IMG/VR virus record: IMGVR_UViG_3300048586_000548
Coordinates: 29,494-93,493 of that record
DNA length: 64,000 nt
Reading direction: 5' to 3' (one strand)
DNA from: a virus
Made by a program: the position numbers and the translations under genes. Numbering within the stretch: position 1 is the stretch's first letter; each line of letters begins with the position of its first letter. Positions 38,303 to 47,631 of this stretch are shown piece after piece. The notes under the pieces are model-generated. The model made no database searches. It was not told the DNA's origin and saw nothing but the letters and a program-made list of their open reading frames with translations.

Positions 38303-38684
38303 CGCCCGCCCTGGTACTGAGGAATCGAGACCGGACTGCCTCCGTACGAGGCGCCGTTGCTCTTGGCCGCCTTGCGCGCCTGCTCCCGCGCAAAGTTTTC
38401 GTACCAGCTATCCATCGCCGCATCGTCCGCGATGATCTTGTCGTCCGGCTTGTCGGTGGGCGACATGTTGTGAATCGCCTCATAGAACCGGCCGTACCCC
38501 AGCAGCGTCAGCTGTCCGTCATCAACGTCATAGGCGCACTGGACGCCGAAGAGTCGGGCGCCGTCGCCACCGGCGGATCGGTATCGGGCTTGGAAATCTG
38601 CGGAGCGGGCGATTCGTCGGAGTGCCCTGATGCCCCAGTCTCCGAGGGATCCGCCGTCTTGGCCTCGTCCGCGGTCAGAAAACC
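38299..38684 (-). CDS. tail assembly chaperone GT extension (-1 frame)
   Basis: Open -1 frame LRRIARSADFQARY..LFG..RFYEAI..PDDKIIADDAAMDSW with no convincing start of its own; slippery GGTTTTC at 38684-38678. Confidence 0.6.
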
Positions 38685-39614
38685 GAACGTCTGCAGGTAC
38701 TCCCGTGCCTCGTCCGGAATGCCGTTCTGGAAGAAGTAGGCTTCCACCAGGAGCCACTGGACCAAGCCCTCCGGCAGGTCGTACAAGTCCTGGAACGTCG
38801 GCGTCAGCGGCCCAGCGGGCAGCGAGTCCTCGCCCAGTCGCTCGGCGGTGAAGTACAGCCGGGCCATCTCCTCCGCATTGTCCCGGCGCTGCTCCACCGA
38901 CTCCGCGAAGATCTTGGCGTGCCGCAGCTGGAGCTCCGACAGGCGCAGCCGCTCGCGCTGCAGCTTCAGGTACCGGTGCAGCCGCTCCCGCAGATCATCG
39001 ATCAGGTGCAGGTGCTCTGCGGCCTCCACGTCCGGCACCGCCTCGAGCAGGCGCTGCATGTCGTAGTCCGGGCTGTACCGCTCCCGGGACTGCGATGCGG
39101 CGTGCTCGGTGTCGTAGTCCGCCTGCTCATCCGACGTGAACTCGAGCCACCGGTTGAACCGCACCAGCAGGGCGTCCCGCGTCTTCTGCTTGGTGACGTG
39201 CTCCTCAACCTTGGTGCGGAACGCGGCGGCGGCTGCCATCAGATCGAGCGACCAGTTGTCCTGCGCGATGCCGTCCGCGAACAACTCGCCCATGGCCTTG
39301 TTGGTCGACGCCTGCAGCCGCTCCAGCTCGGCGCTCATGTCGGTCGTCCACTCGCCACGCTCAGCCACCAGCTTGAGCAGCTGCTCATGGCTCAGGATGT
39401 CAGGGTTCTGGAGGTCCCGGTGGTACTGGCGCTGCACCACTTCCGCGATCTTGCGACGGCGGGCCGGGTTCATGCGCGTAAAGCGGACCAGGCGAATCGT
39501 CGCCCCGTCCTCCTGCGCGTCCTGCAGCGATGCGGGAACTTCCTTCGTGCGATAGCCGCGACGCAGCTCGTCTTCGAGCACTGCGTCCAGCCGCTTCTGC
39601 GTCTCTTGCTCCAT
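38508..39614 (-). CDS. tail assembly chaperone (G-like)
   Basis: Immediately follows the tail tube gene; helical; low-complexity tail after the slippery site. Confidence 0.65.
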   Translation of the reverse strand: MEQETQKRLDAVLEDELRRGYRTKEVPASLQDAQEDGATIRLVRFTRMNPARRRKIAEVVQRQYHRDLQNPDILSHEQLLKLVAERGEWTTDMSAELERLQASTNKAMGELFADGIAQDNWSLDLMAAAAAFRTKVEEHVTKQKTRDALLVRFNRWLEFTSDEQADYDTEHAASQSRERYSPDYDMQRLLEAVPDVEAAEHLHLIDDLRERLHRYLKLQRERLRLSELQLRHAKIFAESVEQRRDNAEEMARLYFTAERLGEDSLPAGPLTPTFQDLYDLPEGLVQWLLVEAYFFQNGIPDEAREYLQTFGFLTADEAKTADPSETGASGHSDESPAPQISKPDTDPPVATAPDSSASSAPMTLMTDS

Positions 39615-39666
39615 TACTCCCCCGGAAAGCCGTATAGTCCACCCTCAGAGCGCGATCGCTCCCCAT

Positions 39667-39693
39667 TAAGTCGGCCCCACCAGGGGGCAAACG
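39667..39693 (-). promoter_or_regulatory. candidate promoter CGTTT-N15-CGACTTA
   Basis: Intergenic, exact consensus; the -35 box overlaps the U-tract of the upstream terminator. Confidence 0.65.
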
Positions 39694-39728
39694 AAAGCGG
39701 CTCGTCACCGAATTTCCGAGCCGCTCCG
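39689..39728 (-). terminator. intrinsic terminator after the major tail gene
   Basis: GGAGCGGCTCG..CGAGCCGCTTTCGTTT. Confidence 0.6.
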
Positions 39729-39746
39729 CCGCCCTAGGGTCCGTGG

Positions 39747-41045
39747 TTAGATGTTGAACCCGTTCACGGTCATGGCCGTACCCCGGAAGGTCCAGGTGAT
39801 CTCACCGCGGCCGCCGACGTTGACCCGGCTGCCCATCCCGTCGACGCGAACGTCGGGGAAGATCAGCTCCTGGATCTTGGTGCCGTCCTTGGTGAAGTAG
39901 TGGATCACCACGGCGAACTCAGTCTTCAGGTACTGCGGCGAGAACTCGAACGTGTTGTCGTACACGTCCGGACCGGTGAAGGTCTTGTTCATGACCGCCT
40001 GCCAGTCCGCCCAGTCCGTCTCGGTGACCGTCGCGTTGACCGTCATGTTGAGCGGGAAGGTCGGGGCACGGTGGTAGATCGTGGTGCCCTGGCTGTTGTA
40101 CGCGATCTGCCGCAGCGCCTCGGTCCGGAAGTCGACGTTGTAGTCGATCGACTGCACGCGGAGCCACTGCTCGGCCGAGTTCGGCGTGGTGGCGTTGGCC
40201 GGGGCGATGTACACGTTCGCCTGGAAGCCGCGCACACCGTACACTGCCGTCGGACCCGTACCCACGGTATCCGGGGTGTGCACCGTGGCCCAGTTCGTGG
40301 TCGGCACCTTGCGATACATGGTTGCCATGGCAACCACACCCTGCGGCACGGTGTACCCGCCCGACATGGTGATGATCGTGGTCGCGAAGGTCGCGTAGAC
40401 CGGGTCGGTGTTCTCGGTTCGGTACGGCACCGAGTCGATCGTCACATACGCCAGCTCCCAATCAGTCGCCGTGTACGCAGGATCAAGCAGGGTCAGCGTG
40501 GTGCCCGTGGTCCGCTCGCACGGCACAGTCCGGACGTCGTGGAACGGCGCCGGGAAGCCGACGACGTAGAGGCCCGACCAGTTGACCGTGTCGCTGGCGG
40601 CGCCGTTGGCCTGCACCCGGCCCGCGATCGACGTCGGGTAGCAACACGCCAGATACGTCGAGCGGTTGAACGTGAGCTGGTCCGTCTTCTCGTGGAGCAC
40701 CGCGTCGAACTTCAGGTTCGCCAGGTCGTCCTGGTCGAACGAGTACCCGTTCACACCCGGAGCGCCCGCCGGATCGTAGGCAAAGCCTTCGAAGGCGTCG
40801 GTCCCCGCGTTGAACACGGTCTTGAGGCGCGCGATCAGGCCCGCGAGGTTGCCGTTGGACGAGAGCTCGAACGAGCCTGAGGTCTCCAGCTCCATCAGCG
40901 TCTCGAGACGGGTCGTCCGGCCCAGCTCGAACACGTCCTGCGCGTTGAAGTTCGGGGCCCAGTTGAAGTTCTGGACCAGCCCGAGCGCATCAAAGTCGTT
41001 GATGCGCAGCGTCTTGTCGGAGCCAAGTACCTGCAAACCTGCCAT
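39747..41045 (-). CDS. major tail tube protein
   Basis: VQNFNW..DVFELG and a second RVQSIDYNVD..EALRQI repeat; AAGGAG SD; highly biased codons; followed by a terminator. Confidence 0.75.
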   Translation of the reverse strand: MAGLQVLGSDKTLRINDFDALGLVQNFNWAPNFNAQDVFELGRTTRLETLMELETSGSFELSSNGNLAGLIARLKTVFNAGTDAFEGFAYDPAGAPGVNGYSFDQDDLANLKFDAVLHEKTDQLTFNRSTYLACCYPTSIAGRVQANGAASDTVNWSGLYVVGFPAPFHDVRTVPCERTTGTTLTLLDPAYTATDWELAYVTIDSVPYRTENTDPVYATFATTIITMSGGYTVPQGVVAMATMYRKVPTTNWATVHTPDTVGTGPTAVYGVRGFQANVYIAPANATTPNSAEQWLRVQSIDYNVDFRTEALRQIAYNSQGTTIYHRAPTFPLNMTVNATVTETDWADWQAVMNKTFTGPDVYDNTFEFSPQYLKTEFAVVIHYFTKDGTKIQELIFPDVRVDGMGSRVNVGGRGEITWTFRGTAMTVNGFNI

Positions 41046-41093
41046 CGGAATCTCCTTCGTGACATCCGCGCGTCACGCGACGTGTGAACTGTA

Positions 41094-41723
41094 TTACGCC
41101 TCGTAACGGAGGCGCGCGCTCAAAGTGAACTCAAACACCATGCTGTCAGCCTGCTTGGGGTACTGCTCCGAGGCCACTTCGGTGCGCATGACTTCGGCAT
41201 GGCCGATCAAGGCGCGTGTCCCCGCATCATGGTCCCGCACCGGCATGAACTGGGTCTCGTCGAACACCACCCGCAGCAGATCCACCAGGAACCGCTGCTC
41301 TCCCCGATCGCGCGCCAACCCCAGCAGCAGCACTTCTGCGTACCGAGCCCGCTCTCGCGACCCCAACCCCAACAGCTGGCCATTGAGTCCGTGTGCCACC
41401 GCCAATGCCATCGTCGGAACAGGCACATCCTCCGGCGCGGCCACAGAGCCGTCGGTATTAGGTCGCACAGGAGCCTGTGGAAACGAAAAATCGTCGTCGC
41501 GGATTGTGAGGATTCCCCGGGCAGCTGCGAGCCGTGCCGCCACCGCCTGGTCGGCCAGAATCGCGGCTTGGTTGCCGTAAAAGCCGGGGTAGACCCCATC
41601 GGGGGTCTGCAAGGAGTCCGTGGGCAGCCAGTACAGCAGGTACCCCGCCGTCAGCAGGGCACTGGACAGCGGCTCGGACCAGCTGTTGATCAGATTACTG
41701 AGGGTGTACTGACTGAGCGCCAT
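41094..41723 (-). CDS. tail terminator-like protein
   Basis: Directly upstream of the tail tube gene; LGLGSR..LARDRGEQ..FTLSARLRY. Confidence 0.55.
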   Translation of the reverse strand: MALSQYTLSNLINSWSEPLSSALLTAGYLLYWLPTDSLQTPDGVYPGFYGNQAAILADQAVAARLAAARGILTIRDDDFSFPQAPVRPNTDGSVAAPEDVPVPTMALAVAHGLNGQLLGLGSRERARYAEVLLLGLARDRGEQRFLVDLLRVVFDETQFMPVRDHDAGTRALIGHAEVMRTEVASEQYPKQADSMVFEFTLSARLRYEA

Positions 41724-41916
41724 AGCGGATACACTCCTTCGACATATTCCACAGCTTCCGGATCACCGCGTTGCGCCGAGTATTGAAGGCATGCGGGGAG
41801 GACGCCTGCACAGGGTCCATCGCCGCCAAGTCTTCCATGGTCGCCATCACCAGCTTGATCGTGGCGTTCACTTCCGCCTCAACCACCCGCTGGTACTCGT
41901 CTTTGTCGTGTGTCAT
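41695..41916 (-). CDS. hypothetical protein
   Basis: 73-aa helical ORF in the neck module. Confidence 0.55.
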   Translation of the reverse strand: MTHDKDEYQRVVEAEVNATIKLVMATMEDLAAMDPVQASSPHAFNTRRNAVIRKLWNMSKECIRYGAQSVHPQ

Positions 41917-41917
41917 A

Positions 41918-42400
41918 TCAGTGCTTGGCCGCTCCCGTCAGCATCACGTAATACGTGCCTGCGATCGTGCCGCTCGAGGCCAGCTTGCGGACTGCCAGCA
42001 CCCGGTACTTCCGTCCAGTGACCACCACCGACGCTGCACCGTCGAACACAGTGCCCCCGTCAGGCAGGTCCACGTCCTCATCGACCACACGGGCCAGCGC
42101 TTCCGTCTCCAGGGCCCACCCGCCCAGCTCGGCCTGCAGCTTGTCCCGGGAGGTCGAGGCCATCGACCACAGCTCCGTGAACAGACACGGCACCGCGACT
42201 TCGGGACGAACCGTTTCGCCCTCGTCGTCGACCGGCGCCTGGGGATCAGCCTTGGGGGTCAGGGGCGAGGCGCCCGGCGGCAGCGGAAACACACCGGCAG
42301 GTGTCGGCCGCACCAGGGGATAGCGCACGGTCAACACGTATTCGCTGGTACGAATACGTTCGACGACCCGCTCGCGCACGCGCGCTGCGTGGACGCCCAT
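41918..42400 (-). CDS. head-closure / head-tail adaptor-like protein
   Basis: TAATG coupling; VVVTGRKYRV beta motif. Confidence 0.55.
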   Translation of the reverse strand: MGVHAARVRERVVERIRTSEYVLTVRYPLVRPTPAGVFPLPPGASPLTPKADPQAPVDDEGETVRPEVAVPCLFTELWSMASTSRDKLQAELGGWALETEALARVVDEDVDLPDGGTVFDGAASVVVTGRKYRVLAVRKLASSGTIAGTYYVMLTGAAKH

Positions 42401-42846
42401 TAGTGAATCCGCGCGTTCGCAGATTGCCGCTGGTACGTGACCAGCAGCTCGTCGCGCTTCAGCTCGAGTCCCTCGAGCATGCCACGGTACGCCTTCTCCG
42501 CCTGGATCGAAGACTCTTCCTCCAGCCCTGACCGCCAGCTGATACCCAGCTCGCCACGGTCCACGCGCTGGCGGTATGTGGCCCACAGCACGTCCGCCGC
42601 CACCGCATAGACCAGGATCATCGCCTGGTCGTCCGTCGCGCCCTGGAGGCCGTACGTGCCTGGCTGGGCCTTATTGGTGCCCACGGCGATCGTGGAGAAC
42701 CCAGCCACCTGGCGCACCCCCAGCTCCAAGGCTGCGTCTCCCGCGGCCTCCAAGAGCTGGGTGTCCGTACGGCGCTCCGCCGCACGGTCCACGTCGGCCA
42801 CCTTGCGACGGACCATCTTGAGCCACTGCTCAGTCGTTACCGCCAT
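42400..42846 (-). CDS. head-tail connector (neck) protein
   Basis: VRRKVAD..TDTQLL..; GGAGG SD; position after the capsid genes. Confidence 0.55.
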   Translation of the reverse strand: MAVTTEQWLKMVRRKVADVDRAAERRTDTQLLEAAGDAALELGVRQVAGFSTIAVGTNKAQPGTYGLQGATDDQAMILVYAVAADVLWATYRQRVDRGELGISWRSGLEEESSIQAEKAYRGMLEGLELKRDELLVTYQRQSANARIH

Positions 42847-42867
42847 GTGGCCTCCAAGGCCCTCAGA

Positions 42868-43611
42868 TTAGGCCCGGGCGAGTCGTCCGCCGCGGGGTGC
42901 CATCGGAGCTGTTTCCGCGTCCCGGTACTCACGCAGCGGGTTCAGTTCATCCAGCCGCTCGTAACACAGCTCTTCGGCGATACGGAACTTGCCGGGGAGG
43001 TCGCGCACGGCCTTCCGCGCCTGCTCCGGATCGTCCGCGTACTTCTTGCCCAGCTGGAAGACTTCCTCATCGACCGCCTGGATCACCCGGCGCAGAGTCG
43101 CCTCAGAGGTCATGGCCGCCACCGCGGCACGCATGTCTTCCTCGGGCTGGTCGAGGATCCAAGAGCGCGGATTCAGCACCACGTTCTTAGCGGCATCCGG
43201 ATGCAAATCCTCGGGACGATCGGGCGGGGCCAGGTTGTCGGCTTCTCCGAGCACCGAGTCGTCCCGGACAATCAGCCCCTCCCCCACGAAGCGACCGGTG
43301 CGAAGGGACTGCCAGAAGACGTAGCTGACGACCGCCCGCACCTTGGGGTCGTGCGTCCCCGGCACCTCCGCATGCAGCGAAAACTCGACCGGCTTGCCCG
43401 TGGAGGTGTCGATCAGGCCCAGCGTGTGGTTGGAGACATTGCGGATACCCACGACCAGCTGCCCGTGCATCATCGGCGCCCGCGCCGCCACAGCACCCGC
43501 CTGGCTCGCCAGGGTGGCTTGGTCACGGCTCAGCCGCTCAATCGTCTCCAGCGCCGCACGATACCGGGCATCCAGTGCCGCCAACGCTTCCTTCTCTGCC
43601 TTCGTTGCCAT
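42868..43611 (-). CDS. hypothetical virion-module protein
   Basis: GGGGAG SD; 247 aa. Confidence 0.65.
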   Translation of the reverse strand: MATKAEKEALAALDARYRAALETIERLSRDQATLASQAGAVAARAPMMHGQLVVGIRNVSNHTLGLIDTSTGKPVEFSLHAEVPGTHDPKVRAVVSYVFWQSLRTGRFVGEGLIVRDDSVLGEADNLAPPDRPEDLHPDAAKNVVLNPRSWILDQPEEDMRAAVAAMTSEATLRRVIQAVDEEVFQLGKKYADDPEQARKAVRDLPGKFRIAEELCYERLDELNPLREYRDAETAPMAPRGGRLARA

Positions 43612-43745
43612 TCGTTCTCCCCGTGCCGAAGCACTATACAGTTCCCTAGTGTTCTGCCCCGCACCAACGACCTTACAGCAGTAGGGGAGGACGCACGGGC
43701 GATTGCCCCTGCCCCCTCCCCTCGCTCACCTCTCACACCGAAGTC

Positions 43746-44711
43746 TTAGACTTCGATGACCCGGTAGGCGTACGGGTTCCAGACCAGCACGCCGTCTTCG
43801 AGACGAATGCCGGTCGTGAAGACCCCGGCACGCGCATCGGTCTCGGCGTAGTTCAGGAACGCGACGTCCACATCGGCCATCACGGCGCCCTTGTTGGCCG
43901 ACGCGATGTAGACACGATCCTTGCGGATGACGTGCCCCTGAGCCTTGCGGCTGAAGCGATCGACCATCGTCACGATGGGCGAACCCTGGTAGACGCCGGT
44001 GACGCCGCGAGTCTCGAACTCACGGATCCCGTCCTGCGACCAGCCCGTGAAAGCGCGGATCGCCGGGTAGAGCGCGATGTGCCGCGCGAAGATCGTCGGC
44101 GCGTCGCCGTCGTCCTTCAGGCCGTCAAGGGCCTTCTCGAGATTGGTGGCGCTGAGCCCCGTATACCGCAGGGTCATGCCCGACACCCCGGTGCGGTCGG
44201 CCGTGGCCGACGGAACACCCGCGTCGATCGCGTCGCAGACCATGCCGACACGGTACCGGTTGATCGACTCCGCCATCGTGTTGATGACGTCCGAGACGGC
44301 GATGGCGCCCGCGGCGATCTCCTCGAGAGGGATCTCCACGGAAAGCTCCTTGTGGGAGGTGCTCATCGAGTACTCGGTCTTGGTCATACGCTGCGAAAGC
44401 GCCTTGGTGCCGTAGGCACGCTTGGTCACCTTCAGGTTCGCGCGCCACTCCTGGAACAGGATCTGGTCGCCGAACCCGTAGTCCTTGCGATCCACCATGA
44501 AGGGGATCGGGTCGGTGAGGGCCACCGTGTCGTCGATCAGCTGAACGATGAGCTCAGCGATCTCGAACTTGTTGGCGTCGAGCTCCTTGAGCCCCTTCGG
44601 GTCAATTCGCCCCTTCTTATCCGCCCCAACAGCCGCCTTGAACATGGCGTCGAGTTCGGTCTTGTGGACTGCGAGCTGATCCGCGGTCCGGCTAGCCACC
44701 TTGAACTGCAT
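43746..44711 (-). CDS. major capsid protein
   Basis: ~321 aa after scaffold and decoration genes; HK97-like G.YQGSPIV..; strong codon bias; GGAGG SD. Confidence 0.8.
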   Translation of the reverse strand: MQFKVASRTADQLAVHKTELDAMFKAAVGADKKGRIDPKGLKELDANKFEIAELIVQLIDDTVALTDPIPFMVDRKDYGFGDQILFQEWRANLKVTKRAYGTKALSQRMTKTEYSMSTSHKELSVEIPLEEIAAGAIAVSDVINTMAESINRYRVGMVCDAIDAGVPSATADRTGVSGMTLRYTGLSATNLEKALDGLKDDGDAPTIFARHIALYPAIRAFTGWSQDGIREFETRGVTGVYQGSPIVTMVDRFSRKAQGHVIRKDRVYIASANKGAVMADVDVAFLNYAETDARAGVFTTGIRLEDGVLVWNPYAYRVIEV

Positions 44712-44745
44712 AATGACATCCTCCAATCGGTGATCGGTCCGTGGA

Positions 44746-45240
44746 TTAGACCAGCTCGACTCGGACCTTGCCGTTGCCGAGCACCTCGAACACGCGGCCA
44801 ATCACCGGTGAGATGATGGCACTAACAACATCAGCCTTGCAGAACAGGCCGTCCTTGACGCCCAGGGCGTCGCCCGCGACCGGTGCCACACCCGAGCGCG
44901 CAGCGTCAAGCGACGCATGCAGCAGCGAGGGGTCGTACTCGATGATGGCGCCGCGACCGATTTCCATGATCGCATCGCCAGTGGCGATCGCCGTGAGGCG
45001 CGTGCCGAAGTCCGCCGGAACCCCGTCCGAAGACGAGACCTGGAGGGCCTGGTTCGACACCTTCATGGCCACGCCGTACGTGCCCGGCAGGAGGATCGCG
45101 GCATCCGCGTCATCCACCACCAGCGCCGTACGCTCGCCCGCCGCGTTGTCCAGCTTGATCACGGCACCGAGCGGAATGGCCTCGCCCGCGATGGCGGTAC
45201 GCCGGGGGGCGTCGTAAAAGTTTGCAATGTGGAGCAGCAT
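44746..45240 (-). CDS. capsid decoration/cement protein
   Basis: AGEAIPLGAVIKL..AGDAL..DGLF..VIGRV; AGGAGG SD; lies between scaffold and MCP. Confidence 0.7.
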   Translation of the reverse strand: MLLHIANFYDAPRRTAIAGEAIPLGAVIKLDNAAGERTALVVDDADAAILLPGTYGVAMKVSNQALQVSSSDGVPADFGTRLTAIATGDAIMEIGRGAIIEYDPSLLHASLDAARSGVAPVAGDALGVKDGLFCKADVVSAIISPVIGRVFEVLGNGKVRVELV

Positions 45241-45274
45241 GTTTCTCCTCCTGAGTGGTTACCGCAATCGCGGA

Positions 45275-45844
45275 TTAGCTACGGAGCGCCGCCACGCGAG
45301 CGCCCAGATCTGCAGCCCCGTCAGTCCCAACCGGAAGCTTTCCCTCGTCCTTCGTCAACTGGAGGTAGCTGAGCTTCACATCCGTGAAGCCGACCAGCAG
45401 ATCGCCAGTGAACTCCGCCCAGTCCTCATCCGACGCCACGGACCACCGCGAGGTGAACCGCTCCTGCTCCTCGACCGTCCGGCGCGCAAACGCCGTGCGG
45501 TACGTCTCCGGAAGGGCGTCGAACCGCGAAGCCCAGCGGGCCGTGCGCTCCTGCGCTTCCTGGGCCGCGGCAATTTCAGCGAGCTGCGCCGTAGCCGTCT
45601 CCAGCTGCGCCGTCACGGCAGTCAGCTGCTCCGTCGCCAGCGCGAGTTCGGCCTGAAGGGCCTCTCCGCGAAGGCTCGCCTCGTCCGCACGCGCCGTCGC
45701 GGCCGCAAGGGCTGCCTCGGCGTTCGCCTGGGCCATGGTCGCCTGCTCGACCGCGGCATTCGCCGTCTCGATCTGCGCCCTCAGCTGCTCGTTGGCCTCG
45801 AGAGTGACCTCAAGCGCCGCCGTCTGCGTCTCCGTGTTATCCAC
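45275..45844 (-). CDS. nested in-frame scaffolding protein (internal GTG start)
   Basis: TAAGGAGG SD 5 nt before GTG GAT AAC at the start of the coiled-coil domain. Confidence 0.6.
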   Translation of the reverse strand: MDNTETQTAALEVTLEANEQLRAQIETANAAVEQATMAQANAEAALAAATARADEASLRGEALQAELALATEQLTAVTAQLETATAQLAEIAAAQEAQERTARWASRFDALPETYRTAFARRTVEEQERFTSRWSVASDEDWAEFTGDLLVGFTDVKLSYLQLTKDEGKLPVGTDGAADLGARVAALRS

Positions 45845-47014
45845 ACCTGCCTCCTTAGTCCGCTGTGCCCGTCGGGCCGTGACCAGTGCCTTCGCCTCGC
45901 TGAGCACAGACCGCATGTGTTCGATTCCCTGCGATCCGACTGCGAGCCACTTGACCTGCGCCACGACTCCCGGCAAATGGGAATCCTCGTGGTGACGCGC
46001 CACCCACGCTTCGCGGACCCGAACAGCGAACTCTTCAGTTGCCGTCTTCACCGCTCCGCCCCGCTGCGCCACCGGCGCCAGGCGTCGGAACTGTTCGTTA
46101 CCGCGAACATTTCCAGCCATCTGCCAGATCTCGGGGTATTCCGTCCGAAGCGCCTGCGCTTCAGCCACCGGAAAGACCGCCCACTGGCTCGTCTTGAGCC
46201 CGACCGCCATGGTGTCCCCATGCGTCGGGAAGTCCGTCGTGCTCCCAGCGCGGGCCGCCATCTCCGACGCCACCGTCGCTTCGAGGTCGTACTGGAGGCT
46301 GGCGGTCGCGAGGTCGTAGCTCTGCGCTGCGGCGATCTCTTCCTCTTCGCCGGACATCTCCACGGCGCCCTTGGCGTCCGGATCGGCAGGTGGCACATTG
46401 AGGGCAGAGAGGGTGAAGAACACCGGCTCGATCATGACCTCGTTGTAGCCCGAGTCATCGATGTGCAACTCGACACTCTTGGGAATGCACGCCATGGAGA
46501 ACTCGCAATAGCCCCGCGCCGCTTGCATGGCCAACATTTCCTGCGCCTGCTCCTGGAACGCCCAGGCCCACACGATGCCCTTCGCCTCAATCCCCAGCGC
46601 GCCTTCGCCATTCTTGGCGTCCGGGTCCTGCTTGGCTTCAGCGGAGTACCACACGCCGATTGCCTTGGGGTCTTCACTCCACGGCAGCACCGCGCCGTGA
46701 TTCCAGTCCATGGGGAGCAGATTCGGGGAGGCGATCTTGGCCGCCGCGGCCGCCAGGTCCTCTGCACGGAACGACTGTCCGTTGTTGTTGCGTCCCTCGT
46801 GCGCCAGCCAGGCGGTGACCATCAGCTTCGTGGGCTCGCCGTCCGTGACCATCGGCATCCAGCTCGCGGCACGGACTTCTTGCGCCTTCGACAGACGCTC
46901 ATCGCCAGACATCGGCTGCACGATCGCCCGCGCCGTCACGATCCGCACATTCGGCGGCAGTTCCCGAGCGGCGGGCGAGGTGACAGGATCCTGTTCGGCT
47001 GGCGTACCTGCCAT
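45275..47014 (-). CDS. prohead protease-scaffold fusion
   Basis: NNNGQSF..PMDWNH..IG..FSMAC..NVPPADPDA protease-like N-terminus; coiled-coil C-terminus. Confidence 0.75.
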   Translation of the reverse strand: MAGTPAEQDPVTSPAARELPPNVRIVTARAIVQPMSGDERLSKAQEVRAASWMPMVTDGEPTKLMVTAWLAHEGRNNNGQSFRAEDLAAAAAKIASPNLLPMDWNHGAVLPWSEDPKAIGVWYSAEAKQDPDAKNGEGALGIEAKGIVWAWAFQEQAQEMLAMQAARGYCEFSMACIPKSVELHIDDSGYNEVMIEPVFFTLSALNVPPADPDAKGAVEMSGEEEEIAAAQSYDLATASLQYDLEATVASEMAARAGSTTDFPTHGDTMAVGLKTSQWAVFPVAEAQALRTEYPEIWQMAGNVRGNEQFRRLAPVAQRGGAVKTATEEFAVRVREAWVARHHEDSHLPGVVAQVKWLAVGSQGIEHMRSVLSEAKALVTARRAQRTKEAGVDNTETQTAALEVTLEANEQLRAQIETANAAVEQATMAQANAEAALAAATARADEASLRGEALQAELALATEQLTAVTAQLETATAQLAEIAAAQEAQERTARWASRFDALPETYRTAFARRTVEEQERFTSRWSVASDEDWAEFTGDLLVGFTDVKLSYLQLTKDEGKLPVGTDGAADLGARVAALRS

Positions 47015-47060
47015 GAGCACCCCAAATGCGAAAGTCGTGGACAGAGACCCCGTCCACGAA

Positions 47061-47087
47061 TCAGTCGTTGTCATGTGTGGGGAAACG
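47061..47087 (-). promoter_or_regulatory. candidate promoter CGTTT-N15-CGACTGA for the head operon
   Basis: Intergenic, same spacing as the other copies, ~47 nt before the protease start. Confidence 0.6.
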
Positions 47088-47202
47088 CAGCGGGGAGAGC
47101 CACTTAGGCCCTCCCCGGTTCGCCCCGCTAACGTGTGCCCGCCCCCGTATGCGCGGCGGCGAGTCCGCAACCCCGCATTCTGCCTACGGTTGCGCGGGTT
47201 TT

Positions 47203-47628
47203 TTACCCGCCCAAGCCGTACGGGACCTCGGTCAGAGGCGGCAGCGGAAATCGGTCGTACAACTCCGGCGCACGCGATTCCGCGAAGTACCGTTCCTCAA
47301 TACTTGAGATCGTACGCTGTCGCCGTGGGCTCATGTACGGCTGCATCCGCTTCATCAATTGCAAGGCCACCCGCCCGGACACCGCCATGCGATACGTCAC
47401 CGAAACGTCAGTGCGATTGTCCCGCCGATCGCGCCGGGAGTAGCTCCGGCGCAGCAGCGCCGCAATGCGCGCGATGACCTGTTCGTCCTTCATTTCCACT
47501 TCAATCCGCGGCCGACCTCCGGTGTATCCAAAATACCCTTCACCCTCGAGCAGTCCGACCAACCAGAAGAAGGTGTGGGAGTCGTCGACAATGGCCCGCC
47601 GCGCTCCCACCGCCAGCCCCGCCTCCAA
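47203..47628 (-). CDS. free-standing single-motif LAGLIDADG endonuclease-like protein
   Basis: WLVGLLEGEGYF..IEVEMKDEQVI..LMKRMQPYMS.RRQ. Confidence 0.8.
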   Translation of the reverse strand: MEAGLAVGARRAIVDDSHTFFWLVGLLEGEGYFGYTGGRPRIEVEMKDEQVIARIAALLRRSYSRRDRRDNRTDVSVTYRMAVSGRVALQLMKRMQPYMSPRRQRTISSIEERYFAESRAPELYDRFPLPPLTEVPYGLGG

Positions 47629-47631
47629 GAC

